DNA from: a virus
Lineage: Duplodnaviria > Caudoviricetes
DNA: 60,189 nucleotides
IMG/VR virus record: IMGVR_UViG_3300037247_001852
Location: 1 to 60,189 of that record
Reading direction: 5' to 3' (one strand)
This document shows, piece by piece, positions 45,513 to 54,287 of this stretch (position 1 is the first letter of the stretch; each line of letters starts with the position of its first letter). The notes below the pieces were generated by a model. It searched no databases. It was given only the letters and a program-made list of their open reading frames with translations, and was not told the DNA's origin. Both the position numbers and the translations under genes were made by a program.

Positions 45513-45747
45513 CGGCCGCGTCCAAGCCACGCCGCGCAAGATCGCCGCCCCCGAGAGGCTCGGGGACTGCGTCGCCGGCGACGTCGTCGAGATCTGCTCG
45601 GAGAAGCACGGCGCCGAGGAGGTCGTCGTCGCGAACGCGACGCTATCGGGTGGCGTGTGGGTCCGGCCGTTGGACTGCGACGGTCGCGAGGGCGAGTTCC
45701 AGCATCGCTCGCCCGAGCTCCGTGTCACGATGGTGAGGATGAGATAG
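45493..45747 (+). CDS. Hypothetical protein
   Basis: GAGGAG RBS. Confidence 0.5.
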   Translation: MHEQDLDGRVQATPRKIAAPERLGDCVAGDVVEICSEKHGAEEVVVANATLSGGVWVRPLDCDGREGEFQHRSPELRVTMVRMR

Positions 45748-45748
45748 C

Positions 45749-46501
45749 GTGACGGCCCCGAGGAAGAACCGCGACACCAAGCCGGCGAAGAAGGTCGCGC
45801 GGAAGAAGCCAGCGAAGAAGGTCGCGAAGTCGTCCACGGCCAAACCCGCGAAGAAGAAGGTGAAAGCGGCGAAGCGGACGACGAAGAAGAAGCCCGCCGC
45901 GAAGAAGCCCGCCGCGAAGCCGGCCCCGAAGAAGAAGAGGGCCGCCCGCAAGAAGGCGCCTAAGCGCAAGATCAAGAAGCTGGTCGACGACGCGCCTTCG
46001 AAGCCGACCGGCGCGAAGAAGAAGAAGGACCGACCGAAGACTACCTCGGGCCCCTTCGAGATGTGGCAGCGGATCGTCCAGGTCGAGGCGCTCATCTCCG
46101 CCGGCCGGACCCCGAACGAGATCATCGAGTGGTGCGGCAACGGCGAGCTCGAGGGCAAGAACTGGACGGTCGAGCAGCGCCAGGCCGAGGAGTACATGCG
46201 CCGCGTCCGCGACCGCTGGAAGGAGGAGGAGGTCGAGCTCCGGCCCGACCGCCGGCGCGAGATGCGCTCGCAGTTCAAGCTGGTCTACCGGGTGGCGATG
46301 GAGAGGAACAAGCTGCACGAGGCGGTCCGCGCGCTCGACCGGCTTTGCAAACTCGACGGACTGTACGAGCCCGAGCGGGTCATCTTCGAGGTCGAGGACA
46401 TGGCCGACGACGAGGCGCGCGCCTACATCGAGCACGCCTACGACACGCTGCAGCTGATCGAGGAGGAGCGCGAGCGGATCGACGGTGAGCGTGTCCATTA
46501 A
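45749..46501 (+). CDS. Putative terminase small subunit with histone-H1-like N-terminus
   Basis: Directly upstream of TerL; helical C-half with AVRALDRLCKLDGL; K/A/P-rich first ~95 aa. Confidence 0.7.
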   Translation: MTAPRKNRDTKPAKKVARKKPAKKVAKSSTAKPAKKKVKAAKRTTKKKPAAKKPAAKPAPKKKRAARKKAPKRKIKKLVDDAPSKPTGAKKKKDRPKTTSGPFEMWQRIVQVEALISAGRTPNEIIEWCGNGELEGKNWTVEQRQAEEYMRRVRDRWKEEEVELRPDRRREMRSQFKLVYRVAMERNKLHEAVRALDRLCKLDGLYEPERVIFEVEDMADDEARAYIEHAYDTLQLIEEERERIDGERVH

Positions 46502-46524
46502 AGTGGACGCGGGGGACCAGTAAA

Positions 46525-47982
46525 GTGACCGAGCCTAGCCGCTACGTCGCCGAGGCCAAGCGCGTCCAGAGCGCCCGCCCGTCGATGATCCGCTGGGCGC
46601 GCAAGTCGTCGGCGGTCTTCTCGCAGTACGTCATCAAGGACGAGGAGGACGGCGGCCCGATCCGGCTGTCGTCGACGCACAAGGCGTGGCACCAGCTCTG
46701 CGACGACCACCGGAACATCCTGATCTGGTCGCACGTCGAGTCCGGGAAGACGTGGCAGATGCTCTCGCGGACGCTCTGGGAGATCGGCCACAACCCGAAC
46801 GCCCGCTGGATCATCCTGTCGAACACGAAGCTCCAGGCGGCGAAGTGGGTCACGACGCTCAAGGACTACATCGACAAGTCCGAGGAGGTCCACCATGTCT
46901 TCCCGAAGCTGCGCCGCGGCAACGTCTGGGGCGAGTACCGGTTCACGGTCGAGCGGACGTCGATCGCCAAGGACCCGACGGTCCAGGCCTCGGGCGTCTA
47001 CGGCAACGTGATGGGCTCGCGCGCCGACGGCGTCATGCTCGACGACGTCCTCGACCTCGAGAACACGATGACCAAGGTCCAACGCGAGAAGCTGTGGAAG
47101 TGGCTCAAGGCCACGATCCACGGCCGGCTCACGCGCAAGTCGGTGATGCGCGTGATCGGGACGGCGTTCCACCCGCAGGACGCGATGCACAGCTACGCGC
47201 GTCAGCGGAACTTCTCGGCGTTCCGGTACCCCGCGATCGACGACAACGGCAACCCGCGGTGGCCCGAGAGGTTCGACCTCGAGCGCATCGAGGAGAAGCG
47301 CGAGGACCTCGGCCCCATCGAGTTCGCGCGCCAGATGATGTGCGTGGCGCGCGACGACTCGACCGCGCGGTTCAAGAAGGCGTGGATCGACACGTGCCTC
47401 GCCCTGGGCAACGGCAAGACCCTGTGTCACGCGCTCAAGAAGGTGCCGGCCGGCTACCGCATCATCACCGGCGTCGACCTGGCCGTGTCCAAGAAGGACG
47501 CGGCCGACCTCACCTCGTTCTTCACGCTCGCCGTGCGGCCCGACGGCAAGCGCGAGGTGCTCTCCATTGAGAGCGGGCACTGGTCCGGGCCCGAGATCGT
47601 CACCCGCTGCTTCGACGTCCACGAGCGGTACGACTCGATCCTGATCGTCGAGAACAATGCGGCGCAGGACTTCATCCTGCAGTTCGCGCGCGACCGCGGC
47701 TCCATACCGATCCGTCCGTTCACGACGACCGCGGCCGCCAAGCACTCGGTCGAGTTCGGCGTCGAGTCCATCGCCGCGGAGATGTCCGCCGGCGCCTGGG
47801 TGATCCCGAACCACGACGGAGTGATGCACCCCGAGGTAGCCGAGTGGGTCGACGAGATGCTCTACTACGACCCGCGCGCCCACACGGGCGACAGGCTGAT
47901 GGCGAGCTGGTTCGCGCGCGAGGGCGTGCGGCTCGGCGCGATCACGGCGGAGACAGGACGACTTGACCTCATGAGGAGATGA
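46525..47982 (+). CDS. terL: Terminase large subunit
   Basis: ESGKT Walker A, GSRADGVMLDD Walker B, IGTAFH..D, GVDLA and D nuclease motifs, VENNAAQ, HTGDRLMA. Confidence 0.93.
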   Translation: MTEPSRYVAEAKRVQSARPSMIRWARKSSAVFSQYVIKDEEDGGPIRLSSTHKAWHQLCDDHRNILIWSHVESGKTWQMLSRTLWEIGHNPNARWIILSNTKLQAAKWVTTLKDYIDKSEEVHHVFPKLRRGNVWGEYRFTVERTSIAKDPTVQASGVYGNVMGSRADGVMLDDVLDLENTMTKVQREKLWKWLKATIHGRLTRKSVMRVIGTAFHPQDAMHSYARQRNFSAFRYPAIDDNGNPRWPERFDLERIEEKREDLGPIEFARQMMCVARDDSTARFKKAWIDTCLALGNGKTLCHALKKVPAGYRIITGVDLAVSKKDAADLTSFFTLAVRPDGKREVLSIESGHWSGPEIVTRCFDVHERYDSILIVENNAAQDFILQFARDRGSIPIRPFTTTAAAKHSVEFGVESIAAEMSAGAWVIPNHDGVMHPEVAEWVDEMLYYDPRAHTGDRLMASWFAREGVRLGAITAETGRLDLMRR

Positions 47983-48740
47983 CGATGAGCGACACCGATC
48001 CCCAGACCACCCCGACCAGCGCGGTCAGCCAGGCCGAGTTCCTCGCGAGCGCGCGGCGCAAGTCAATGACGCCCGACTCCGATCCCGGCGCCGGCCCGCT
48101 GGTCCGCTGCCCGCGCTGCCGACACGAGCAGCGCTGGGACGACCTCGACAAGCACATGGTCATGAAGGCGGGCGACAGTGCCTACCGTCACTGCTCGAAC
48201 CGCGACTGCTCATCGATCTTCTCGCTAGACGAGGGGCTCGAAGCGCGCGAGCTATTCCGGGTTAACACGGGCGTGCCCGAACCCGAGCCTGACGGACCAG
48301 ACGACGGCACGCGTCCGGAGCCCGGGCCAGAGCCGGAGCGCGAGCCCTACGAGACGCCGTCGCTCACGGAGATCAACATCGGCGCCGCCGACGCGCTCAT
48401 CGCGCACCACGCCAAGGAGCTCGCGCTCAAACTGCTCCGGGTCGCGGACTCCGTCGTCGCCGAGATCCCCAAGGTGAAGTCGGGCGGCGAGACGCGCGGC
48501 CTGCTCGACGCGATCAAGTACTCGCTCGACCTCGCCGGCCAGGCGGACATGCTCGGGGACAAGGCGGTGCTCAGGACGCCGATCCTCGGACTTACCCCTG
48601 AGTGGCCGGCCAACGCCAAGTGTCTGAGCTGCGAGCATGTCTTCACGACGCACTTCAAGCACGGCATCATCCGCTGCCCGGCCTGCGACTCGAATCAGGA
48701 CAGCGGACAAGCGAGAGAGAACCACACGCGGTCGTGTTAG
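47979..48740 (+). CDS. Hypothetical protein with two Zn ribbons
   Basis: CPRC/C-x4-C and CLSC/CPAC. Confidence 0.65.
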   Translation: MTMSDTDPQTTPTSAVSQAEFLASARRKSMTPDSDPGAGPLVRCPRCRHEQRWDDLDKHMVMKAGDSAYRHCSNRDCSSIFSLDEGLEARELFRVNTGVPEPEPDGPDDGTRPEPGPEPEREPYETPSLTEINIGAADALIAHHAKELALKLLRVADSVVAEIPKVKSGGETRGLLDAIKYSLDLAGQADMLGDKAVLRTPILGLTPEWPANAKCLSCEHVFTTHFKHGIIRCPACDSNQDSGQARENHTRSC

Positions 48741-48749
48741 GCTAGGCGC

Positions 48750-50651
48750 GTGAGCAGCGCCACCCGGTACCAGCCCGACGCGATGCGGAACATGCAGGGC
48801 GCGCTCGCCCAGGAGACGATGCGCCGCATCAACAACCTGGGGATGTCGCCGCGCCAGCAGATGCTCAACCGGCTCTGGTCGTACTACATGACCGCGCAGT
48901 ATGACCATTGCGGTCTTGACTGGGACGGCACCGCGCACTCCGGCATGGTCGAGAAGACGCTCATCTCGACGGGCTCGTTCATCCCGCCGGGTCACTACGA
49001 CGCCGCCAACCAGATGGGCGAAGTGCCGCTCAAGTACCGGCGGCCGCGCGCGCCGTACCACCTCGGCCGCGTGATCGTGAACCGGTTCACCGGGCTGCTG
49101 TTCTCGAAGTCGCGCCACCCGACGTTCGCCGTGGCCGACGACAAGGACACGGAGGAGTTCGTCCGCGGGATCGCGGAGGCCGGCCGGCTGTGGCCGTCGA
49201 TGATCCTCGCGCGGACCTATGGCGGGGCGATGGGGTCGGTCGCCGTCGGCTTCAAGTTCGTCAGGGGCAAGCCGGAGATCGAGGTCCACGACCCGCGCTG
49301 GCTGCGACCGACCTTCAGGGACCGTAACTCGGCGTCCCTCGAGCTCGCCTCCCTGGAGAAGCGCTACATGTACTTCGTCGAGATGTTCGACGGCGAGAAG
49401 GGCGAATGGGTCCAGGTGCCGTTCTGGTACCGGCGCTTCATCGACGACAAGATCGACGCGCTGTGGCCGCGCGTCCCCGTGGGCGACGGCACCGAGCCGG
49501 ACTGGGACGGCTACCTGACCGAACAGAACGTCGTCCAGCACGACTTCGGCTTCGTCCCCGCGCAATGGATCCAGAACGTCCCGATCCAGGACGACATCGA
49601 CGGCGAGCCCGACTGCGCCGGCATCTACGACACCATCGAGGAGATCGACGCGCTCCAGTCCCAGGCCGGCCACGGCACGATCGCGAACTGCGACCCGACC
49701 TTGCTGCTCATCACGGACCAAGAGTTGGGCGAGATCAAGAAGGGCTCGGACAACGCCATCAAGCTGCCCATCGGAAGCAGCGGCAACTATCTGGAGATCA
49801 GCGCCGCCGGCATCGCCGCCGCGCGCGATCTAGCCAAGGACCTCCGCGCCCAGGCGCTCGAGGTCGCGCAGGTCGTCCTCGAGCATCCCGACGTCGCCGG
49901 CGGCCGGACCGCGACCGAGGTCGAGCGCATGTACAGTTCGATGTTCGAGAAGGCCGACGTCCTCCGCGAGCAGTACGGCGAGCGCGGACTGAAGCCGCTG
50001 ATGGAGAAGATGCTCGAGGGCATCCGCAAGCTCGACGGAGGCACGGTCGTCGACGGCCAGCGCCAGCGTTCGCAGGTCTTCATCCCGCCGCTCGTCAAGG
50101 ACGGCAAACTCCAGGACCGTCAACTCGGCAAGGGCAAGCTCGTCGAAGCGCAGTGGCCGCCGTATGTCTCATCCTCGGTCGAAGACGCGGCGAAGGCGAC
50201 GACCGCCGCCTCGACCGCGAAGGCCGCCGGCCTCATCGGCACCGAGGACGCGACGAAGTACACCGCGCCGCACTTCGGGATCGACGACCCGGCCGCCACC
50301 GTCGCGGCCATTCGGAAGGAGGCGAAGGAAGAGCAGCAGTTCCTCACGTCGTCGCTGATGGGCGGCATGGGTGGCATGGGCGCCGACCAGCCCGAGCTCC
50401 AGCCTGACCAGGGCGACGACGAGATGATCCCGATAGGTGCGATGGAGGCTGGGCTCTTCACCATGAACGAGTACCGGAAGTCGCGCGGTTTCCCGGCCAT
50501 GACCGACGGCGAGCTCACGCTGCCGGAGTACCGCGCGAAGTACCCGGAGAAGTTCCTGACGACCGCCGCCTTGAAGGAGGGCAACGCGAAGGACGTCATC
50601 GCCGCGATGGGAGACGCGCGGCCAAAGCCGCCCAAGGTACCCGGTAAGTAA
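48750..50651 (+). CDS. Portal protein
   Basis: 633 aa after TerL; IVNRFTGLLF..P, HDFGFVP, GRTATEV; helical character. Confidence 0.85.
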   Translation: MSSATRYQPDAMRNMQGALAQETMRRINNLGMSPRQQMLNRLWSYYMTAQYDHCGLDWDGTAHSGMVEKTLISTGSFIPPGHYDAANQMGEVPLKYRRPRAPYHLGRVIVNRFTGLLFSKSRHPTFAVADDKDTEEFVRGIAEAGRLWPSMILARTYGGAMGSVAVGFKFVRGKPEIEVHDPRWLRPTFRDRNSASLELASLEKRYMYFVEMFDGEKGEWVQVPFWYRRFIDDKIDALWPRVPVGDGTEPDWDGYLTEQNVVQHDFGFVPAQWIQNVPIQDDIDGEPDCAGIYDTIEEIDALQSQAGHGTIANCDPTLLLITDQELGEIKKGSDNAIKLPIGSSGNYLEISAAGIAAARDLAKDLRAQALEVAQVVLEHPDVAGGRTATEVERMYSSMFEKADVLREQYGERGLKPLMEKMLEGIRKLDGGTVVDGQRQRSQVFIPPLVKDGKLQDRQLGKGKLVEAQWPPYVSSSVEDAAKATTAASTAKAAGLIGTEDATKYTAPHFGIDDPAATVAAIRKEAKEEQQFLTSSLMGGMGGMGADQPELQPDQGDDEMIPIGAMEAGLFTMNEYRKSRGFPAMTDGELTLPEYRAKYPEKFLTTAALKEGNAKDVIAAMGDARPKPPKVPGK

Positions 50652-50692
50652 GGGTTCTGCGGACCTCGACGCTACACGCTACACTGGTCAGC

Positions 50693-50971
50693 GTGAGACT
50701 CGCCATCGTCCTGGGATTGATCCTGACCGGCTGCATGCCGCCGGACAAGCCCGCGGAGCCCGACGCCGGACCACCCGTCGCGGTCGACGACGGCTGGTGC
50801 ATCGACACGCCGCCACCGCAGCCCGTGCCCGGCACCGGGCAGGAGGCGCCGGAGTACCCGGAGGAGTTCGCGATCTGCCTGCACGAGGAGGAGCGCTGGC
50901 TGCTGGTCCTCTACATCACGAGCCTGCGCGACTGGTCCGAGGACCTGTACGCGGCGCGCCGCTGCGACTAG
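50693..50971 (+). CDS. Small Pro-rich lipoprotein (o-spanin-like)
   Basis: Lipobox LILTG-C; Pro-rich; three further Cys. Confidence 0.65.
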   Translation: MRLAIVLGLILTGCMPPDKPAEPDAGPPVAVDDGWCIDTPPPQPVPGTGQEAPEYPEEFAICLHEEERWLLVLYITSLRDWSEDLYAARRCD

Positions 50972-51020
50972 AGCGGACTTCACGCAGCGGGAACCGGGAC
51001 CGCCGCTACCCAGAGAGCAA

Positions 51021-51066
51021 TCCGGAGTAACGTCAAGAATCGCTCCGGAGTAACGTCAAAAATCGC
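51021..51066. repeat. Tandem direct repeat 2 x 23 bp (one mismatch)
   Basis: TCCGGAGTAACGTCAA(G/A)AATCGC twice. Confidence 0.95.
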
Positions 51067-51097
51067 TCTAAATACGCGGAATTCCCCCGATTACCCC

Positions 51098-51126
51098 TGG
51101 ACAACGGTCGTAATCGTGCTTACATT
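51098..51126 (+). promoter_or_regulatory. Sigma70-type promoter, twin of the early-arm promoter
   Basis: TGGACA-17 nt-TACATT. Confidence 0.75.
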
Positions 51127-51132
51127 ATAAGT

Positions 51133-51215
51133 AAGGGAGAGAGAGGAGCCAGTCGGGACCTCAGCCCCTCCACGGAGGCATCTGATGACGATCGACTGGC
51201 TCCTCTCTCTCCCTT
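51133..51215 (+). ncRNA. Candidate structured RNA or leader: perfect 23-bp stem with 37-nt structured loop
   Basis: 51133-51155 is the exact reverse complement of 51193-51215; begins 6 nt after the -10 box. Confidence 0.55.
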
Positions 51216-51231
51216 GTGTCTGGAGGGACGC

Positions 51232-51489
51232 ATGACCTACGAGAAGATCAACCGCCGCCACGTCCGCCGGATCGAGCGCCTGCTCCGTGGCGCGAAGCGA
51301 ATCCATCACTGCGTCGCGCCCGTCGGCTCTCCGGATCCCTACGTGCCGGCATCAGCGACGGTCGAGGAAGTGCTCGAGGCGATTAGGAATGGTTGGGCGC
51401 GCGAAGTCGTGTTGCTCGACGACGATCTCGACGGTCGCCGATTGATCGTGCAGCGATACTCGACTGACTGCTACCGGGCCGTCCTGTAA
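51232..51489 (+). CDS. Hypothetical protein (moron-like cassette)
   Basis: GGAGGGA RBS; own promoter and terminator. Confidence 0.7.
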   Translation: MTYEKINRRHVRRIERLLRGAKRIHHCVAPVGSPDPYVPASATVEEVLEAIRNGWAREVVLLDDDLDGRRLIVQRYSTDCYRAVL

Positions 51490-51511
51490 GGGCCGCAAAG
51501 TGGCGGTGCAC

Positions 51512-51536
51512 AGAGCCCCCTCGTCGGGGGCTTTTG
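51512..51536 (+). terminator. Intrinsic terminator
   Basis: AGCCCCC-tcgtc-GGGGGCT followed by TTT. Confidence 0.75.
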
Positions 51537-51572
51537 TCGTAGTTGGCGTACGGCTGCGATCCGTGACGGCTG

Positions 51573-51598
51573 GGCCCGAGTAATATTCTACTCGGGCC
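51573..51598 (-). terminator. Hairpin after the convergent minus-strand gene
   Basis: GGCCCGAGTA-atattc-TACTCGGGCC. Confidence 0.55.
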
Positions 51599-51608
51599 GA
51601 GTACTATG

Positions 51609-52112
51609 TTACTCGAAGAAGTCGGCGACGCGATCCTCGGCGCGCCGCACGTCGTCCGGCTTGCGGAGTGCGTCGGCGTAGGCGTCGACCGTCCGCCGGC
51701 GCACGCTCATCGGGCCCACGCCGATCTCGTCGTCGGGGTCCCGGACCGGCTCGACGAACGGCTCGGCGACGTTCCCGCGCCCGCGTCGGCCGTGCTGGTG
51801 GGTGTTGAAGTCGGACCGGAGCCCGCGTAACTCGCGCTCGAGGCCGGCGACGTCGCGGGCGCACTCGTCGATCCGCCAGCTCAGCTTCTTGTACATGGCG
51901 CGCGCGGCGTCCCGGAGCTCGGACTCTCGGAAGGTCGCGGTCTGCGCCTGGCCGGCGCCGGCGGCCGCCTGCGTCTGCGCGGCCTGCGTCTGCTGGTACT
52001 GGAGGAACATCATCAGGGCCACGCCGATCCAGCCGCCGCCCTTGGCGTATGGTAACAAGGCCCCGACGGCTTCGGCCGCGACGCGCTTCTTCTTCTCTTC
52101 ACAGTTCGGCAT
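51609..52112 (-). CDS. Membrane protein with coiled coil, counter-oriented in the head module
   Basis: Hydrophobic GGGWIGVALMMFLQY followed by heptads; TACACT 8 nt before ATG. Confidence 0.65.
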   Translation of the reverse strand: MPNCEEKKKRVAAEAVGALLPYAKGGGWIGVALMMFLQYQQTQAAQTQAAAGAGQAQTATFRESELRDAARAMYKKLSWRIDECARDVAGLERELRGLRSDFNTHQHGRRGRGNVAEPFVEPVRDPDDEIGVGPMSVRRRTVDAYADALRKPDDVRRAEDRVADFFE

Positions 52113-52137
52113 CAGACACCAGTGTAAACTACCCGCC

Positions 52138-52314
52138 ATGGAGCAGCCGATCGAATACGAGGACTTGACCGACGGCGTCGACCTGGAGCGTCAAGGACAC
52201 CGAACGGACGACGACGCGGAGCGGTGCTGGTGCGACCCCGAGGTCGAGGTCGTCCGCAACGACGACGGAGAGTACGTCGGCGAGCTCGTGATACACCGCG
52301 GCTTCGAGGAGTAG
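52138..52314 (+). CDS. Small H...CWC.P...H protein
   Basis: TAAACT 7 nt before ATG; motif shared with 53283-53501. Confidence 0.65.
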   Translation: MEQPIEYEDLTDGVDLERQGHRTDDDAERCWCDPEVEVVRNDDGEYVGELVIHRGFEE

Positions 52315-52317
52315 CCC

Positions 52318-52776
52318 ATGATCCTGGCAATCGATTTCGACGGCACCGTGGTCGTGCAGGACCATTCGATCCCCTACGACGACGTCGAGACGCCGCTCCG
52401 CTTCATGCACGGCGCGAAGGAGACGCTCGAGGCGCTCAAGAACGCCGGCCACGTCCTGCTGCTCTGGAGCGCCAGGGCGAGCCACGCGCTCCGCTTCGAC
52501 CCGCAGAAGGACCCGCTCGTCCGCGCCGGCGTCCGGCAGTGGTACCCGGAAGTCTGGGAGGCGAGCCGCGAGGTCAACGAGGCCCGCTACCAGCAGATGC
52601 TCGACTTCGTCGCGGCCGAGCTCCCCGGCGTCTTCGACGCGATCGACGACGGCTCGGGCTCGAAGCCGATCTGCGACCTGTTCGTGGACGACAAGGCCGT
52701 GTCGTTCGGGAAGGGCTTGAACGGGATGAGCTGGTACGATATTGCTTCGGTGTACGGAGAACCGGGACAGCCCTAG
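52318..52776 (+). CDS. HAD-superfamily phosphatase
   Basis: ILAIDFDGTVV, LWSAR, KP..DLFVDDKA. Confidence 0.88.
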   Translation: MILAIDFDGTVVVQDHSIPYDDVETPLRFMHGAKETLEALKNAGHVLLLWSARASHALRFDPQKDPLVRAGVRQWYPEVWEASREVNEARYQQMLDFVAAELPGVFDAIDDGSGSKPICDLFVDDKAVSFGKGLNGMSWYDIASVYGEPGQP

Positions 52777-52791
52777 ACAGGAGGGACGGCC

Positions 52792-53283
52792 GTGAGCGGG
52801 AAGCAGGAGAAGAAGAAGCGCGACGGGGAGGCGCAGCGTGCGCGCGCCGAGGAGATCGCGGACGAGCGCGTCGCGTCGATGCCGAGACCGAGACCGAGCG
52901 AAAAGATCCGCCACATGCGCCGGCTCTTCGGCGGGCAGACGACGGCCGAGCAGTATCACTCCGCCGCGCTCGCGGCCAAGGGTCACCGCTGCATGCTCTG
53001 CGGCGGGCCGCCGCTGATCACCTACCGATCGATGGCGACCCACGCCGACCTCGAGCGCGAGGCGCCGCAGTACCTCGTCGCGATCAAGGAGTCGAACCCC
53101 CACGGCCCGTACGTGCCGACGTTCCCGTCGAAGCACGGCGCGATGGTAGTCGTCTCCTCGGCGCACGCCTGCAAGATGTGCGAGAAGCGCGCCGACCACG
53201 TCGCCGCCCAGCACCCGTCGTGGATGACCGTCGAGATCAACCGCGGCCCGGGCGCGGACAAGCCGATCGTCGGGGTGGCGTGA
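52792..53283 (+). CDS. Zn-binding hypothetical protein
   Basis: CMLC...ACKMC; GGAGGG RBS. Confidence 0.7.
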   Translation: MSGKQEKKKRDGEAQRARAEEIADERVASMPRPRPSEKIRHMRRLFGGQTTAEQYHSAALAAKGHRCMLCGGPPLITYRSMATHADLEREAPQYLVAIKESNPHGPYVPTFPSKHGAMVVVSSAHACKMCEKRADHVAAQHPSWMTVEINRGPGADKPIVGVA

Positions 53284-53501
53284 TGCCGTCGCGAATCACC
53301 GTCGATGGTCAGGTCGTAATCGAGTCAACCGACGAACCCATCTCCGATGTCGAGATGCCGGCGTACGTGACCCGGAAGCATCTCAGGCTGTACGATCCGA
53401 ACGAGTATACCTGCTGGTGCGGACCGAGACTCGTCACCGACGGTCGGGGCTATCAATACTACGAGCACAACTTATACGCACCAGGCAAGGGCGGCAACTG
53501 A
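53283..53501 (+). CDS. Small H...CWC.P...H protein
   Basis: TGATG coupling; TCWCGP...EH. Confidence 0.6.
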   Translation: MPSRITVDGQVVIESTDEPISDVEMPAYVTRKHLRLYDPNEYTCWCGPRLVTDGRGYQYYEHNLYAPGKGGN

Positions 53502-53767
53502 TGGGCGCGGAGAGCTACAGCTCGGTTCGCTACACCGATACGTTGTTCACGTACCCACTGTGTCGCGAGGTTCGCGGCTGCCACAGCGCGATCAACGGCC
53601 GCGAGTTGCCTGACGAGATCGGCTGGGTCACCTGTAAGATGGGCTCGGCGACCGCGTACCAGAACCGCCGGACGATGTCCGACGAGTTGAGCAAGGCCGT
53701 CCGCGCGTTCGAGAAGAAAGAGCGCCGCCGCCAGCGGATGCACCGCAAGAAACGGCGAGGTTACTGA
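53501..53767 (+). CDS. Hypothetical protein
   Basis: TGATG coupling at both ends. Confidence 0.55.
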   Translation: MGAESYSSVRYTDTLFTYPLCREVRGCHSAINGRELPDEIGWVTCKMGSATAYQNRRTMSDELSKAVRAFEKKERRRQRMHRKKRRGY

Positions 53768-54207
53768 TGCCGACACCCGAGGAGCTCGCCGGCTACGCCG
53801 GGAACCCGAAACCGAAGTCGAAACTGCCGATGGCGTGGGGCGTTCTGTACGCCGCGCCGAACCCCGACGGCTCTCGCAAGAGCTGCGATGACTGCATGAT
53901 GTGGTCACTGGACAACCGATGCTCGATCCACGACGAAGCTCTCGAAATCACCGCGAACCACACGTGCGGCTACCACGTCTACGGCGTCCCGATGGACGCG
54001 AGGATGGAGCACGAGGGGCTGATGCCGGTCGACCCGAAGATGAGCGGGCTGGAAGTCGTCGCCGGCGGGACGAGCTGCGACACCTGCAGGCATATTATCG
54101 GCGACGAAGAGGATGGCGCGAATGCGTGCGCGGTCGTCGCGACGCCCGAGGGGGCACCTCAGCCGGTCGCACCGCTCGGCTGCTGCGCTCGCTGGGAGAA
54201 GCCTTGA
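53767..54207 (+). CDS. Protein with two 4-Cys repeats, HiPIP-like
   Basis: SCDDC-x8-C-x14-C and SCDTC-x13-C...PLGCCARW. Confidence 0.55.
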   Translation: MPTPEELAGYAGNPKPKSKLPMAWGVLYAAPNPDGSRKSCDDCMMWSLDNRCSIHDEALEITANHTCGYHVYGVPMDARMEHEGLMPVDPKMSGLEVVAGGTSCDTCRHIIGDEEDGANACAVVATPEGAPQPVAPLGCCARWEKP

Positions 54208-54287
54208 ACGAAAACGGCGGGCTCGCGGGCATCGGGCTCATCGCACTCGTGATCGCCGGCCTCGCCATCGCCGTTGCCGCTATGTAG

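Noticed and set aside
51021-51066. Repeats here and at 12811-12840 as a CRISPR mini-array
   Set aside because: Copies are directly abutting with no spacers, and there are no cas genes
51182-51192. CTGATGA resembling a hammerhead ribozyme core
   Set aside because: No downstream GAAA or compatible three-stem junction is visible
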